In this document: positions 24,710 through 34,217 of the stretch, in pieces
Position numbering within the stretch: position 1 is the first letter of the stretch
Layout: each line of letters starts with the position of its first letter
IMG/VR virus record: IMGVR_UViG_3300047510_001668
Span: 96,001 to 160,000 of that record
Reading direction: 5' to 3' (one strand)
Source of the DNA: a virus
Length of the DNA stretch: 64,000 nucleotides
Position numbers and translations under genes: made by a program
The notes under the pieces: model-generated
Seen by the model: only the letters and a program-made list of their open reading frames with translations
Told to the model about the DNA's origin: nothing
The model's database searches: none

Positions 24710-25370
24710 TATGTGAAAAGTTATTTATCAATGGGAAAATTTCAGAGATGACCTTGGCGCACTCCAAGGCAATAATTCGGTGTTCCTTCTGTGTTGCCTT
24801 GTCGGAACGTATATCTATATAGTGAATCCAACTTCTCAAGGTGCCGTTCATGTACATACGGGACGTGGTAAGGCCTTCAGGAAGCACAGCACGTGCCACT
24901 TCTTTGGCAATACCGTTATTGATGGCCCAACTATAGGCAAACTTGGATTGACGAATCACATCTTGTTGAATGCGAACCCATTCCTTTTGCAGTTCCAGGT
25001 CCTGGGTTTCAATGCTGTTCTGCCGATTCTTCTGGTCTTGAAGGCGGGCCTCACGATATTCAAATGACAAATCTTTCACAGGGTCAGCATATCGTTGACT
25101 GAATTCCTGAAAGCTGAAACTCCGATGCCGAAGAATCTGCCGAGCAATGTCTCGGGTGGTTTCAATCTCCAAACAAATGTTCACCATCTCGAAGGGACTC
25201 CAGTGCTTCCACTTCACAAGATAGCTGATGAGCTTGTCTGCCGTTTCGGTGTTGTACTGATTGCTGGGATTGCTGACCCGAGCACAAAATGCCACCAGGT
25301 CATTCATCTCTGCCACGTTGTCCATGTCATCGGCACACGCAATGGTGTGCGAAATCAAACGTACTTTCAT
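24684..25370 (-). CDS. thyX: flavin-dependent thymidylate synthase
   Basis: HWSPFE, RHRSFSFQEFSQRY, ARAVLPEG; TAATG-coupled to primase. Confidence 0.95.
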   Translation of the reverse strand: MKVRLISHTIACADDMDNVAEMNDLVAFCARVSNPSNQYNTETADKLISYLVKWKHWSPFEMVNICLEIETTRDIARQILRHRSFSFQEFSQRYADPVKDLSFEYREARLQDQKNRQNSIETQDLELQKEWVRIQQDVIRQSKFAYSWAINNGIAKEVARAVLPEGLTTSRMYMNGTLRSWIHYIDIRSDKATQKEHRIIALECAKVISEIFPLINNFSHNETETDAK

Positions 25371-26383
25371 TAACAATTTCTCCATTCTGTAAATTTCAAT
25401 TGCGCCATGAGTCCTTGGTATGTATGCTCACGAATGATGTGTTGAACATCCTTTCCAGCTTCCACAAACTCATTGATGTCTTTTTCATGATACCCACAAG
25501 GCCAAATGACCACTTGGTAATTAAGTTTGATGTACTTCTCGACAATTCTACACACCTCAATGTTTCGTGGTTGATTATCAAACACAATGGTGATGAGTTC
25601 TTTCGGCAGATTCAAAGTTTCAATTTTACTGAACCCTGTGCCTGCACATGCCAAAGAATTATTTAGAAATAAACTATCTATGGGCCCTTCCACAATGGTG
25701 ATGGGACGAGTCCTATCAATGGTGTTGATACCAAACATCAATGGAGCATCTTCTTGCAACTTAATCATGATGTATCGAAGTGATTCACCACGAAGACCTC
25801 GCATTGTCACTCCCGTGAGTTCACCGGCTTCATCATAAAACGGGAGCAACAACCGAGGTTCTTCAGTACGAATAGTATCATATTCAGGAGCAATCTTCTT
25901 GATGTCCTTCACTGAAGGAATATAATACAATTCTTGATATTTGTCAACTGGAATCTTTCTGGACACACAATATCTCACTGCCTCGTTGTCCACATCACAT
26001 TTGTCCAACCGAACAGCCACCTGATCCAACAGGGACTTGGGTTTAAATACAGGAGCTTCAAATGTCAGGAATTCTTCGGCATCTTTATGTGCCTTGGGTC
26101 CGTTCTCACCTTTGCTGTAGCGTTCAAACACATATTGCTGATAGGTATGAGCATCAAAGTTTTTCAGGAATGTCCCGAAATGTTGGCTGGCATCACAGTT
26201 ATGGCACTTGTAGTACATATCATTCTTCTGCCGATAGAAATAGCCACGTGCCTTTTTCTTGTTGGTCTTGGAATCACCGCAGATGATGCAACGACAATTC
26301 CACAAGTCTGCCTTTTTCTTGGCAAACAAGGGAAGTCTGTGACCAATCATGTTCAGATATTTTGTGTCAATAAAATAGGACAT
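25370..26383 (-). CDS. 61: DNA primase (T4 gp61)
   Basis: NCRCIICGDS Zn finger, YKCHNC, TOPRIM VEGPIDSLFL, VFDNQPRN. Confidence 0.95.
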   Translation of the reverse strand: MSYFIDTKYLNMIGHRLPLFAKKKADLWNCRCIICGDSKTNKKKARGYFYRQKNDMYYKCHNCDASQHFGTFLKNFDAHTYQQYVFERYSKGENGPKAHKDAEEFLTFEAPVFKPKSLLDQVAVRLDKCDVDNEAVRYCVSRKIPVDKYQELYYIPSVKDIKKIAPEYDTIRTEEPRLLLPFYDEAGELTGVTMRGLRGESLRYIMIKLQEDAPLMFGINTIDRTRPITIVEGPIDSLFLNNSLACAGTGFSKIETLNLPKELITIVFDNQPRNIEVCRIVEKYIKLNYQVVIWPCGYHEKDINEFVEAGKDVQHIIREHTYQGLMAQLKFTEWRNC

Positions 26384-26403
26384 CGTGTTTCCTCCTGTCT
26401 TGG

Positions 26404-26432
26404 AAGATACACGATGACACCATATTTGTCAA
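26404..26432 (-). promoter_or_regulatory. sigma70-type promoter for primase/nucleotide genes
   Basis: TTGACA-N17-TATCTT. Confidence 0.75.
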
Positions 26433-26444
26433 GTTTTATTGGTG

Positions 26445-26933
26445 TTACTTCAGAAATTCACCCAGGATTTCATGAGAGATGGCACCCAACACCACACTAC
26501 CGCCCATGATGAGCCATTTCCATCGTTCCAGGTCCACCACTCTCTTTTCCAGTTCAGTCTGTTGTTCTGACATGGCTTTGGTTTCTTCTGTGATGCATTT
26601 CTTGATTTCAGAAGTGCCATAGGTCATGGCAGTCATCAATCGTTGTTCTGTTTCTGTCAGGTCATCGGACATCTCACGACTGACCGTGGTGATACGGGAA
26701 TGCAACTCTTTGATATCACCTTGGATTTCCTGCCGGCGTCTTTCCACCAATGAGAACAACTCCTCGTCTATGTCATCCTGTTTGGACAACCGTTCTTCAT
26801 GAACAGCCAACATCTTGGCAATGTTGTTGGACACATCACCCATTTTTTCAATGGCAGCATCCAAGCGTGAAAAGAGCGATGCCATTCTGTTGACATCACT
26901 CTTTAACACTGCCACTTCTGTTTCCAGATTCAT
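26445..26933 (-). CDS. coiled-coil protein with C-terminal TM (holin/XhlA-like)
   Basis: Heptad pattern; LERWKWLIMGGSVVLG. Confidence 0.6.
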   Translation of the reverse strand: MNLETEVAVLKSDVNRMASLFSRLDAAIEKMGDVSNNIAKMLAVHEERLSKQDDIDEELFSLVERRRQEIQGDIKELHSRITTVSREMSDDLTETEQRLMTAMTYGTSEIKKCITEETKAMSEQQTELEKRVVDLERWKWLIMGGSVVLGAISHEILGEFLK

Positions 26934-26936
26934 CTA

Positions 26937-27173
26937 TTACTTGGTCTTCTTGACCTTACCGCCATACTTCTTTTTCACCTTCTTCACTTCTTTTTGCACT
27001 TCGGCTACGGCGGCCATGGCATCTTTCATGTCCACTTTGCCATCATTGTTCACATCAGCCACATCTTTGGCCTTTTCTGTCATGGCTTTCAAGGTGATGG
27101 GAGCATCTTCTTCACGGAAGATGAACCAGTAGGCACCTACCAAAACGGCTGCGAGTAGTACAATCCAAATCAT
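26937..27173 (-). CDS. membrane-anchored protein with EF-hand/dockerin-like loop
   Basis: N-terminal TM; ADVNNDGKVDMKDA. Confidence 0.7.
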   Translation of the reverse strand: MIWIVLLAAVLVGAYWFIFREEDAPITLKAMTEKAKDVADVNNDGKVDMKDAMAAVAEVQKEVKKVKKKYGGKVKKTK

Positions 27174-27223
27174 ATGTTATCTCCTTGTTTTATCTTTTTC
27201 GCTCCCGGCGAATACTATGATGT

Positions 27224-27376
27224 TCACTTCTTTTTCTTCTTTTTCATCACCGGCTTTCTACGAAACATCTTGAACTTCATCACGGGATCATACTTGGCAA
27301 TGGCGCCACTTCCCATGTTGTTGGCTGGAACTTCTTCTTGCACTTCAGCTTCAACAAATTCTTTGAACTTTTTCAT
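27224..27376 (-). CDS. small basic head-region protein (50 aa)
   Basis: MKKFKEFVEAEVQEEVPANNMGSGAIAKYDP...KKKKKK; ATGA-coupled; not in the ORF track. Confidence 0.6.
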   Translation of the reverse strand: MKKFKEFVEAEVQEEVPANNMGSGAIAKYDPVMKFKMFRRKPVMKKKKKK

Positions 27377-27753
27377 ATCTTTCTCAACTTGTTGATGACA
27401 TTGACATCCAACTCAATGTCAGTTTCGTTTATTTGTTTGCTTATTTGAAAACGTTCAGGTAGATAATTCAAATACACCAGAAACGTTTTGATTTCAGGCC
27501 AGAACTCCATTTCAAACTTCAAAAACAACATGGGAACCAGAGCAACACCAAACACATTGTGTAACAAAATCAAATGGTTCAACACCAAACGTTCACTCAA
27601 TGTTCCGGATTTCTTGTACCGTTTCAACAATCGTTTGATGTACTTGAAACGCTTCAAGTCTCCATCAAATTCTTTGATGCTGGTGCAAGAAGGATTGTTA
27701 TAATGTTGTGCTGCATATAATAAAAATGTATCCTGCGTCAAATCAATAGGCAT
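27373..27753 (-). CDS. conserved T4-like hypothetical protein
   Basis: YAAQHYNNP...DLKRFKYIKRLL...RLVLNHLILLHNVFG. Confidence 0.8.
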   Translation of the reverse strand: MPIDLTQDTFLLYAAQHYNNPSCTSIKEFDGDLKRFKYIKRLLKRYKKSGTLSERLVLNHLILLHNVFGVALVPMLFLKFEMEFWPEIKTFLVYLNYLPERFQISKQINETDIELDVNVINKLRKI

Positions 27754-27756
27754 AGT

Positions 27757-28209
27757 TTAGAAATTTACGGCTGCTGAGCCTCCAATAACCCACCAGTCGC
27801 TGTTGTACCAAAGAAGAATAAGTGTTTGTCCCATTTCTGTGAATACGGCACTTGTTACACCTTTGATGTTTGATGTGATGGATGATGTGCCGCCTGCAGA
27901 TGTACACAGGATGAATTTGATTTGACCTGTGTATGTGCCATCAACAATGGATAGAGCATTCACACCACCTGTATTACTTATAAGGGTAAACAATGATGTT
28001 GCATTGATGGTGCCAGCATTGGCAATCACTTGTGGGCTTTCAACATCCAGTGCCAACAATCCTCCAAATTGTATCAAGGTGCTTGGAAGATTGGCTAATA
28101 ATGTGGACATGCTAAGTTTCTTATCTGTGTTGGATTGCACCAGATAGAGCACGTCCGCCGGATTGACGGACGCGGCTGCGGTCAAATCAGTTACTTTGCT
28201 ATCAGCCAT
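27757..28209 (-). CDS. putative virion structural protein
   Basis: MADSKVTDLTAA N-terminus typical of fibre/baseplate proteins. Confidence 0.65.
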   Translation of the reverse strand: MADSKVTDLTAAASVNPADVLYLVQSNTDKKLSMSTLLANLPSTLIQFGGLLALDVESPQVIANAGTINATSLFTLISNTGGVNALSIVDGTYTGQIKFILCTSAGGTSSITSNIKGVTSAVFTEMGQTLILLWYNSDWWVIGGSAAVNF

Positions 28210-28215
28210 GATTTA

Positions 28216-29052
28216 TTATACTGAAGGTGAAGGTGTTACTGAAGGTGTTACTGAAGGTGTCACACTGATTGAAGGTGTCACGCTAGGTGTTACTGAAGGC
28301 GTGACTGAAGGTGTGACTGAAGGTGTTGGTGATTCTGGGAAATAGGTGTCATCGGCAGCGTCATCTGTAATATCAGCAAGAGCCACCAATGTCTCATAAC
28401 GCTTTCTTTCCACCACACCATTCACTTGGAATGTCAAGTTGGCTGCCCCGCCACTGCCAAGAAGAGCATCTGTTACTGTGATGGTGTCATTGTCCGCATG
28501 TCCTGCACCTGTTTGCACAATTTCAATGGAAGCTGCACCAGCAGCTGATACTGTGATACGGAACATGTGTCCTGTGCCAGAACCTGATGTGGTTCCTTCC
28601 ACAAGATAGATGCCTGCCTTACGTGCTGCATCAGCAGCACCAATGGTATCCACAGCAGCAATGGCACCAGTCTTTACAGATTGACGATGTGTCCATCCTA
28701 TTTGTGCTGGACCGTCTGTGTCTAACATTTCAAACTTGTCAACACCAAACACAGTCTTAGTGTCTGTTCCATTGGAAAAGCCGTAACGTAAGAACTTTGG
28801 CTTTTCACTTAAGGTGTAGTTAGTGCCACCGCCTACTATAGAAATGCTATCACCTGCACGTGCAGCAATCACAGTACATGCTGTGTTGGATGCAATTGCT
28901 GTGATGACAAATTCTTGGCTTCCTGCTAGTAGAAAATCACCCACACGTGCTTCTGTGGTGAAAGCTGTACCTGTTCCGGTGACAGCACCACCTGTGGTGA
29001 TGGCTACAGTTCCTGTTGACGTTTTATCGTCTTTAATACCCCAACCTGACAT
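28216..29052 (-). CDS. putative virion structural protein with C-terminal Pro/Ser/Thr repeat
   Basis: G/T/A-rich beta composition, GTGTAFTTE motif, (PSVT)n tail. Confidence 0.7.
   Translation of the reverse strand: MSGWGIKDDKTSTGTVAITTGGAVTGTGTAFTTEARVGDFLLAGSQEFVITAIASNTACTVIAARAGDSISIVGGGTNYTLSEKPKFLRYGFSNGTDTKTVFGVDKFEMLDTDGPAQIGWTHRQSVKTGAIAAVDTIGAADAARKAGIYLVEGTTSGSGTGHMFRITVSAAGAASIEIVQTGAGHADNDTITVTDALLGSGGAANLTFQVNGVVERKRYETLVALADITDDAADDTYFPESPTPSVTPSVTPSVTPSVTPSISVTPSVTPSVTPSPSV
28220..28330. repeat. imperfect 12-bp tandem repeat (GAAGGTGTTACT) encoding PSVT
   Basis: Directly visible in the sequence. Confidence 0.85.
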
Positions 29053-29054
29053 GG

Positions 29055-29639
29055 TTATTCTCCTGAATTATAGAGTTGTTCGACTGTATTGAAAAATTCT
29101 TTAACGTTTTCTTTGGGAAGGTCTGCGACGCTGGACACATTGAAAGTTTTCAATGTTTCTAGAAATGCCTTTTCGTATGATTCAGAAGTCACAACAGGTT
29201 GAACCTGTTCTTCCATTCTTCCCTTCAAGTTGTCACGGCGGCGACGAAGTTCCGTCTTGGCGCGTGATGCCAAACGCTTTTCAGCAGGAGAAATCTTTCC
29301 ACCGGCTTTTTTCTTTCTTTCAGCACTTCTGGCAAGGGTGTCCAACATACCTTCTGGTGTACGTTTCAAATCCATTTCTTCTTCAGCAATAGGATTGAAT
29401 TCTTCGAATTTCTTCATGGCAACTCTCTGACGTAAAAGGCGATACATTTGTGGGTCATCGAAAACTAGGTTCATGATTTTTTGTGTGAAATCATAGAACA
29501 CGCGTCGTTGATTAAGTGGTAGAAAAGCGTCTGTGTCAACACCATGTAATGCCATGTTCAACCATGGCAGATATTGCACAGGCATCATTCCCATACGAAC
29601 CAATTGTTCAATTTGTTTGCTGCGTTCGTCTGAGTGCAT
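29055..29639 (-). CDS. prohead core-like protein (gp67/gp68-type)
   Basis: Start reassigned to MHSDERSKQ after TATAAATA (29666-29673); C-terminal YEKAFLETLKTFNVSSVADL...KEFFN motif. Confidence 0.55.
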   Translation of the reverse strand: MHSDERSKQIEQLVRMGMMPVQYLPWLNMALHGVDTDAFLPLNQRRVFYDFTQKIMNLVFDDPQMYRLLRQRVAMKKFEEFNPIAEEEMDLKRTPEGMLDTLARSAERKKKAGGKISPAEKRLASRAKTELRRRRDNLKGRMEEQVQPVVTSESYEKAFLETLKTFNVSSVADLPKENVKEFFNTVEQLYNSGE

Positions 29640-29736
29640 AATCACCACCTGAAAACGTTCTATAGTATTTATAATTACTTCAGGCTCGCTTTCAACATCC
29701 AGGCTGAATTTCAAGAGTTCCTGAGTGTTCCTTCTG

Positions 29737-31257
29737 TTAGCAGTTCCATTTTCTGAGAGCTTTATTGATACGAGAGTTCGGGTCATTAGCGGTCTTGGCT
29801 GAAGTCAACCGCTTCTTCATCCCTCCCATTCTGGCACAGAAACTCTTTCTCCGTTTGGCGGCTTTGCTTCCCTTCTTCAATTTGGAAGGCTTGGTGGTCA
29901 CAGCCATGGACAACTTGCTACCAGGGTTGGCACGACGATAGGAGGCGATACCTTTTCTGTTCAATCCACCTTCTGGGTCCTTGCCTTCCTTTCTTTGCCA
30001 AGCTGGTGCGGCTTCATCCAAAGACAATTCTTCATCTGACAAATCCACCAAGGCTTGACGTAGTTTTTCAATCATGCCTGAGTTACGAACCACTTTGAAC
30101 ACCATGTTCTGCAATCCAAATTCACCTGTGGATGATAATCCTGACTTACGCATTCCTGCAATCTTTTCCAACACCAATTTAATCATGTCCACGTTCTTAC
30201 CGGCAATGGCTTCTTGTGCTTCTTTGATGAGACTATCAGCCATGTCACCAATTTCTTTGTGTTCAAATGAAGGGGCTGACATTCTGGGTTCCACCAACCA
30301 GCTGTTGGATTGCAAACTGTATTGTCCTGTTGCCACAAGGTGTTCATTGCTGCCTTGTGCATACACTTCCACAGGATATCCCTTGATGCGAATGTTATGG
30401 CGACGATTGAATTCATCCTTCTTGGCACGAAGCAACTTTTCCACCAGGGTGACATCATGGTATCCGCCAAGACGAACTATCACGTGCAGGTCGAAATCAC
30501 TGAACTTGGTCCAGTTGTAGTTGGCGTTGGATCCTGTCAAGATGATGTCTGTGACTTCCAGATCCACACCCCAAGTTTCCATGAAAGACCTGGCCACCTT
30601 CAACAAGGCTTCACGAACATCAGGCTTCAACACCATGCCATCCCAAGCGGCGGGATTCAATTCAGCATGATAGATGACCGTTTCCTGTTCAATGTTCATG
30701 AATTCTTTCAAGGTGGCCATCTTCTTCTTCAACACAGGAATGTCGGCATTTTCCTGGCCTGGGGTCACTGCCAACATCTTCTTGGTGAGTTCTGGACTGC
30801 CCCATTCATTGTCTTTACCTAGTTCTTCATTTGTTGAGCGCCAACCGCCGCCTTTGCCGCGATACCACTTGGCAGCCCAGCCATTGGCATAGGCACTGGG
30901 GTACACATCAAACTTGGAGCGAGCCAATGCTTTTGCTCGAGCCCAAAGTTTGGGGTTGGTGGGCTTGTTCTTTTCTTGTAGGATTTCTTCTTTCATAGTT
31001 TTCACCATGATGGGTTTGTTGCCTTGACCAGGCTGGTCTTTACCAGGACGACCTGCTGCAGCTTGTGCAGCACGCTTTCTTCTCACGGCAGATTTGATTT
31101 CATCTTTGCTCATGCTAGCTGCTTTAGCAGCAGGCACACACTTGGCATATCCTTTCTTCTTGCCTGAAGTGCCACAGGGCTCATAACTGCCATCTTTTTT
31201 CTTCTTGGCGATGTTCACCCATTTTTCTCGGAACCAGTTACGTAAATCTTCATTCAT
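29737..31257 (-). CDS. multidomain head-region protein containing a Pol-beta-family nucleotidyltransferase domain
   Basis: Basic modules (KPTNPKLW..YPSAYANGW; PAWQRKEGK..SFCARM..KALRKWNC) flank LTGSNANYNWTKFSDFDLHV (GS..DxD). Confidence 0.75.
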   Translation of the reverse strand: MNEDLRNWFREKWVNIAKKKKDGSYEPCGTSGKKKGYAKCVPAAKAASMSKDEIKSAVRRKRAAQAAAGRPGKDQPGQGNKPIMVKTMKEEILQEKNKPTNPKLWARAKALARSKFDVYPSAYANGWAAKWYRGKGGGWRSTNEELGKDNEWGSPELTKKMLAVTPGQENADIPVLKKKMATLKEFMNIEQETVIYHAELNPAAWDGMVLKPDVREALLKVARSFMETWGVDLEVTDIILTGSNANYNWTKFSDFDLHVIVRLGGYHDVTLVEKLLRAKKDEFNRRHNIRIKGYPVEVYAQGSNEHLVATGQYSLQSNSWLVEPRMSAPSFEHKEIGDMADSLIKEAQEAIAGKNVDMIKLVLEKIAGMRKSGLSSTGEFGLQNMVFKVVRNSGMIEKLRQALVDLSDEELSLDEAAPAWQRKEGKDPEGGLNRKGIASYRRANPGSKLSMAVTTKPSKLKKGSKAAKRRKSFCARMGGMKKRLTSAKTANDPNSRINKALRKWNC

Positions 31258-31583
31258 CAGTAGGTTCTCTTGGATTGAGGAAGTTCTTTACGAATCAATG
31301 ATTTCTTATATATCTTGGCACGTTGCTTAACTAAACGTTCCACAGCAGACTTCTGCGTGTTGGATAATGAGGATTTACGTTTCACACCCACCAACTTATA
31401 CACTTTTCGAAGTGCTTCTTTGTTTAAACGTTTTTGAAAACGCTTGGCACTGGCATTGATTTTTGCTGTAATCTTTTTTCTACGTTCCAATTTCCAACGA
31501 TACTTTTTCATGGTACGTTGTTTCTTGAACCGCCCTTGTGGTGTCAATGCTTCCACCACCAGAAATTCTTTTAGTGTAATCAC
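31257..31583 (-). CDS. basic prohead-core-like protein
   Basis: MITLKEFLVVEALTPQGRFKKQR; very Lys/Arg rich. Confidence 0.55.
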   Translation of the reverse strand: MITLKEFLVVEALTPQGRFKKQRTMKKYRWKLERRKKITAKINASAKRFQKRLNKEALRKVYKLVGVKRKSSLSNTQKSAVERLVKQRAKIYKKSLIRKELPQSKRTY

Positions 31584-32176
31584 TTCAGAACAACTCCCCC
31601 AATCACCACACCTGCCACTACACCTACTACAAATGAAGTCTTACGGCTTGGTAATTTGATGCCAAACATTTTGTTGGGATTCTTGGGAGCAGGAGGAATG
31701 TTGTTCACAACAGTTTGGAGACTATCACCACGGAGTAAGGCAAGTTTCAATGCGTCATCTTTCTTTAGTATGGCAGTTTCTAATTCTTGTATTTGATTAC
31801 CTTGTGTTGTGATAGTTGTTTCTTGTTTTGTAATGATGGAATCTTTTAATGGAAGTATCTGTCTGGCAAGTTGTAGTGTGTCGGTGATAGTCTCCGTTAA
31901 CAATTGTGCTCGATCCATTAAATTCAATGTTTCATTTTTCAATTCTGTAGCTTGTCTGCTGTACACGCTGGCACGACTTTGTGCTGCACGAGCTTCATTG
32001 TCAGCAATGATGATTTCTTGTGCTAAGCTATCGGCAAACTTTGTGGCTGAATCTGCTTGAGCCTGAAACTTCTTGTAGTCAGCAATGTACTTGTCCATGG
32101 CATCATCGCTTGTGGAATCTTGCCAGTACAATACACCTGCAAATGATAATAGTAATACAAGAAGTTTCAATCTCAT
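31580..32176 (-). CDS. spanin-like (Rz-like) membrane-anchored coiled-coil protein
   Basis: N-terminal TM, long coiled coil, directly downstream of the endolysin. Confidence 0.55.
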   Translation of the reverse strand: MRLKLLVLLLSFAGVLYWQDSTSDDAMDKYIADYKKFQAQADSATKFADSLAQEIIIADNEARAAQSRASVYSRQATELKNETLNLMDRAQLLTETITDTLQLARQILPLKDSIITKQETTITTQGNQIQELETAILKKDDALKLALLRGDSLQTVVNNIPPAPKNPNKMFGIKLPSRKTSFVVGVVAGVVIGGVVLK

Positions 32177-32200
32177 AACATCTCCTGATTCTGTTATTTA

Positions 32201-32800
32201 TTACTTGAACAGAGCGTAGAATTCGTTGAAATGCTTGATACGGTCAACAAGACCGATGGTGCCACCGTTCACCTTCTTGGTGATGGCAGTGATATCAAGT
32301 TCAGTGGCACCCTTGTCAGCAAGAGCATTCAAGCCACGTGAGTTCCAGAACCAGGCGGCTGAAAGAAGAGGATACTTTGTGGCAACTAGGTCAGGTGTTT
32401 CAAGAATGTTTTCTGGAACAACCTTATCAAATGCACCATAGTTGTCCTTGCCAGTCAATTGGATATAGCCACGACCACGATACTTGTATCCTTCACCTGA
32501 AGCTTCTGGACCGTTGCCCATACGACCGCCGTAAATCAAGTTGGCAATTTTTTCTGGCTTCCGTTCGTATTCCAAAGCCTTGGCTTCTGTTGGGAAATAC
32601 TTCTTGAACAATCCTAACAAGCCCTTGGCGCCGTAGTTAAGGTTTTCATTCACAGCCTTGAAGTTGCCTGATTCATGACCGCATTGTGCAAGAAAATGGC
32701 AAAGGCGAAGAGGGGTGTTGATTTGAAACTTTTCCATCACTTCAGGAATTTGTGTGATTACTGTGTCAGGAACATGTCCCTTGAGCTTTTGAATATCCAT
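32201..32800 (-). CDS. glycoside hydrolase family 19 endolysin
   Basis: HFLAQCGHESG, ENLNY, YRGRGYIQLTGKDNY, SAAWFW, ITKKVNGG. Confidence 0.93.
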   Translation of the reverse strand: MDIQKLKGHVPDTVITQIPEVMEKFQINTPLRLCHFLAQCGHESGNFKAVNENLNYGAKGLLGLFKKYFPTEAKALEYERKPEKIANLIYGGRMGNGPEASGEGYKYRGRGYIQLTGKDNYGAFDKVVPENILETPDLVATKYPLLSAAWFWNSRGLNALADKGATELDITAITKKVNGGTIGLVDRIKHFNEFYALFK

Positions 32801-32819
32801 TGATTATCTCTGGTTGAAG

Positions 32820-34217
32820 TTATCGTGTTTCACGCCATTGAGCAGAGGCGTATACGTTGGTATCAGCAGTGCTGCTAAGATTTCTTGCAATTAAGGCGAA
32901 TATATTACTATCAGTAGATCCAATGTTCTGACTGAGATAGGCACGTTTGGCTTTTACTGGGTCAGCCAAATCCATGCCTCCTGATGCTTGTTTACCTGAT
33001 GGGTTGTTGGCTGCCACAAACCCAGACGTAAACAATTCACCGCCTGTGGTGCTGAATGCTGTGCCTACTGTGGTGTTGTATTCAACAACTGAATCATTAT
33101 TGGCACTGACCCATGTACCGCCTGTGATATTGGCGCTGGCACTAGGTAGACGCCATAGTTCAAAAACTATGGATGAGCCATCAGATAGTATATTCAAGTC
33201 GGTCAAACGAACAACACTTCTGTTGGGTAGTGATTGATAGGTGTTTTTCAACTTGATGGCAACTATACACTTGGCTGTGGCAGGTGCTCCTTTACTCAGT
33301 AATATATTTTCAGCATAACTACTGAAGTTCACACCTGATTCCACATATCCACCTTCAGACATCACCGTGGAACAGATTTGATCCATGTAGGTGCTGCCTA
33401 CTGCCACACCTGTGTTTCTGATTTCACAACGAATGGGGATATTGGGATTTCTCCAGTACACCGTGGCGAGATTGTTACTGTGTTCAAATTCATGAGCCAC
33501 AATGAATTCACCATCATGTACAAATCCTATGCGAAGGCGACCCACACCCAACCATTGATAATCACAAAAGACCAACTGTGTCTTGGTGACATCAATATTG
33601 AATTCTGATGCTCCGGTACCATCACATTTGTCAACATTCCATGCAGATTGTGGGATGGGTGTTTCATCAACCACACTACCACTGATGCTGGTGCGCTTCA
33701 CAAATTGAAGTGTGCCATTACCTGCTTGTTGGAAATACACGCCATCTTCTTCACCAAATAGTCCCACACGCTTCACTGTGTTGGTGCGAGCTACACCGAA
33801 CACAAAACTCATCAATGCCAATTGGCTCTTGCCTGGCATATAATGATGATGCATTCTGCTTTGATGAACAACATAATCGCCATTGCCTGTGCCTACTGAT
33901 AAGCGAACTGAGGCTTCATTGGCACGAAGTGTTTTAGTTCCTGACCCACTGGACGAAGTTAACAGTTCAACTTCTTCACCATAGATATGACTGTAATCAG
34001 CAAGTGTAAAGGGTTCAGAAACACGAAGGCGACCGAACGCATCCAGGTTCGTGCCGCCGAGACTGACTAATAAAGAATTGTTACTGCCATAACCGCCTGT
34101 GACAGGAAGAGGATTGGTAGCCTCAACAACGCTACCATCCTTGCCTGCTGCAAGCATCACAACTTCATACCGTTGTTCTCCATCTTGTACATCTTGTGGC
34201 TTGATGTATTGTGCCAT
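32820..34217 (-). CDS. putative virion structural protein
   Basis: DAFGRLRVSEPFTL motif and beta-rich body common to phage structural proteins. Confidence 0.7.
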   Translation of the reverse strand: MAQYIKPQDVQDGEQRYEVVMLAAGKDGSVVEATNPLPVTGGYGSNNSLLVSLGGTNLDAFGRLRVSEPFTLADYSHIYGEEVELLTSSSGSGTKTLRANEASVRLSVGTGNGDYVVHQSRMHHHYMPGKSQLALMSFVFGVARTNTVKRVGLFGEEDGVYFQQAGNGTLQFVKRTSISGSVVDETPIPQSAWNVDKCDGTGASEFNIDVTKTQLVFCDYQWLGVGRLRIGFVHDGEFIVAHEFEHSNNLATVYWRNPNIPIRCEIRNTGVAVGSTYMDQICSTVMSEGGYVESGVNFSSYAENILLSKGAPATAKCIVAIKLKNTYQSLPNRSVVRLTDLNILSDGSSIVFELWRLPSASANITGGTWVSANNDSVVEYNTTVGTAFSTTGGELFTSGFVAANNPSGKQASGGMDLADPVKAKRAYLSQNIGSTDSNIFALIARNLSSTADTNVYASAQWRETR

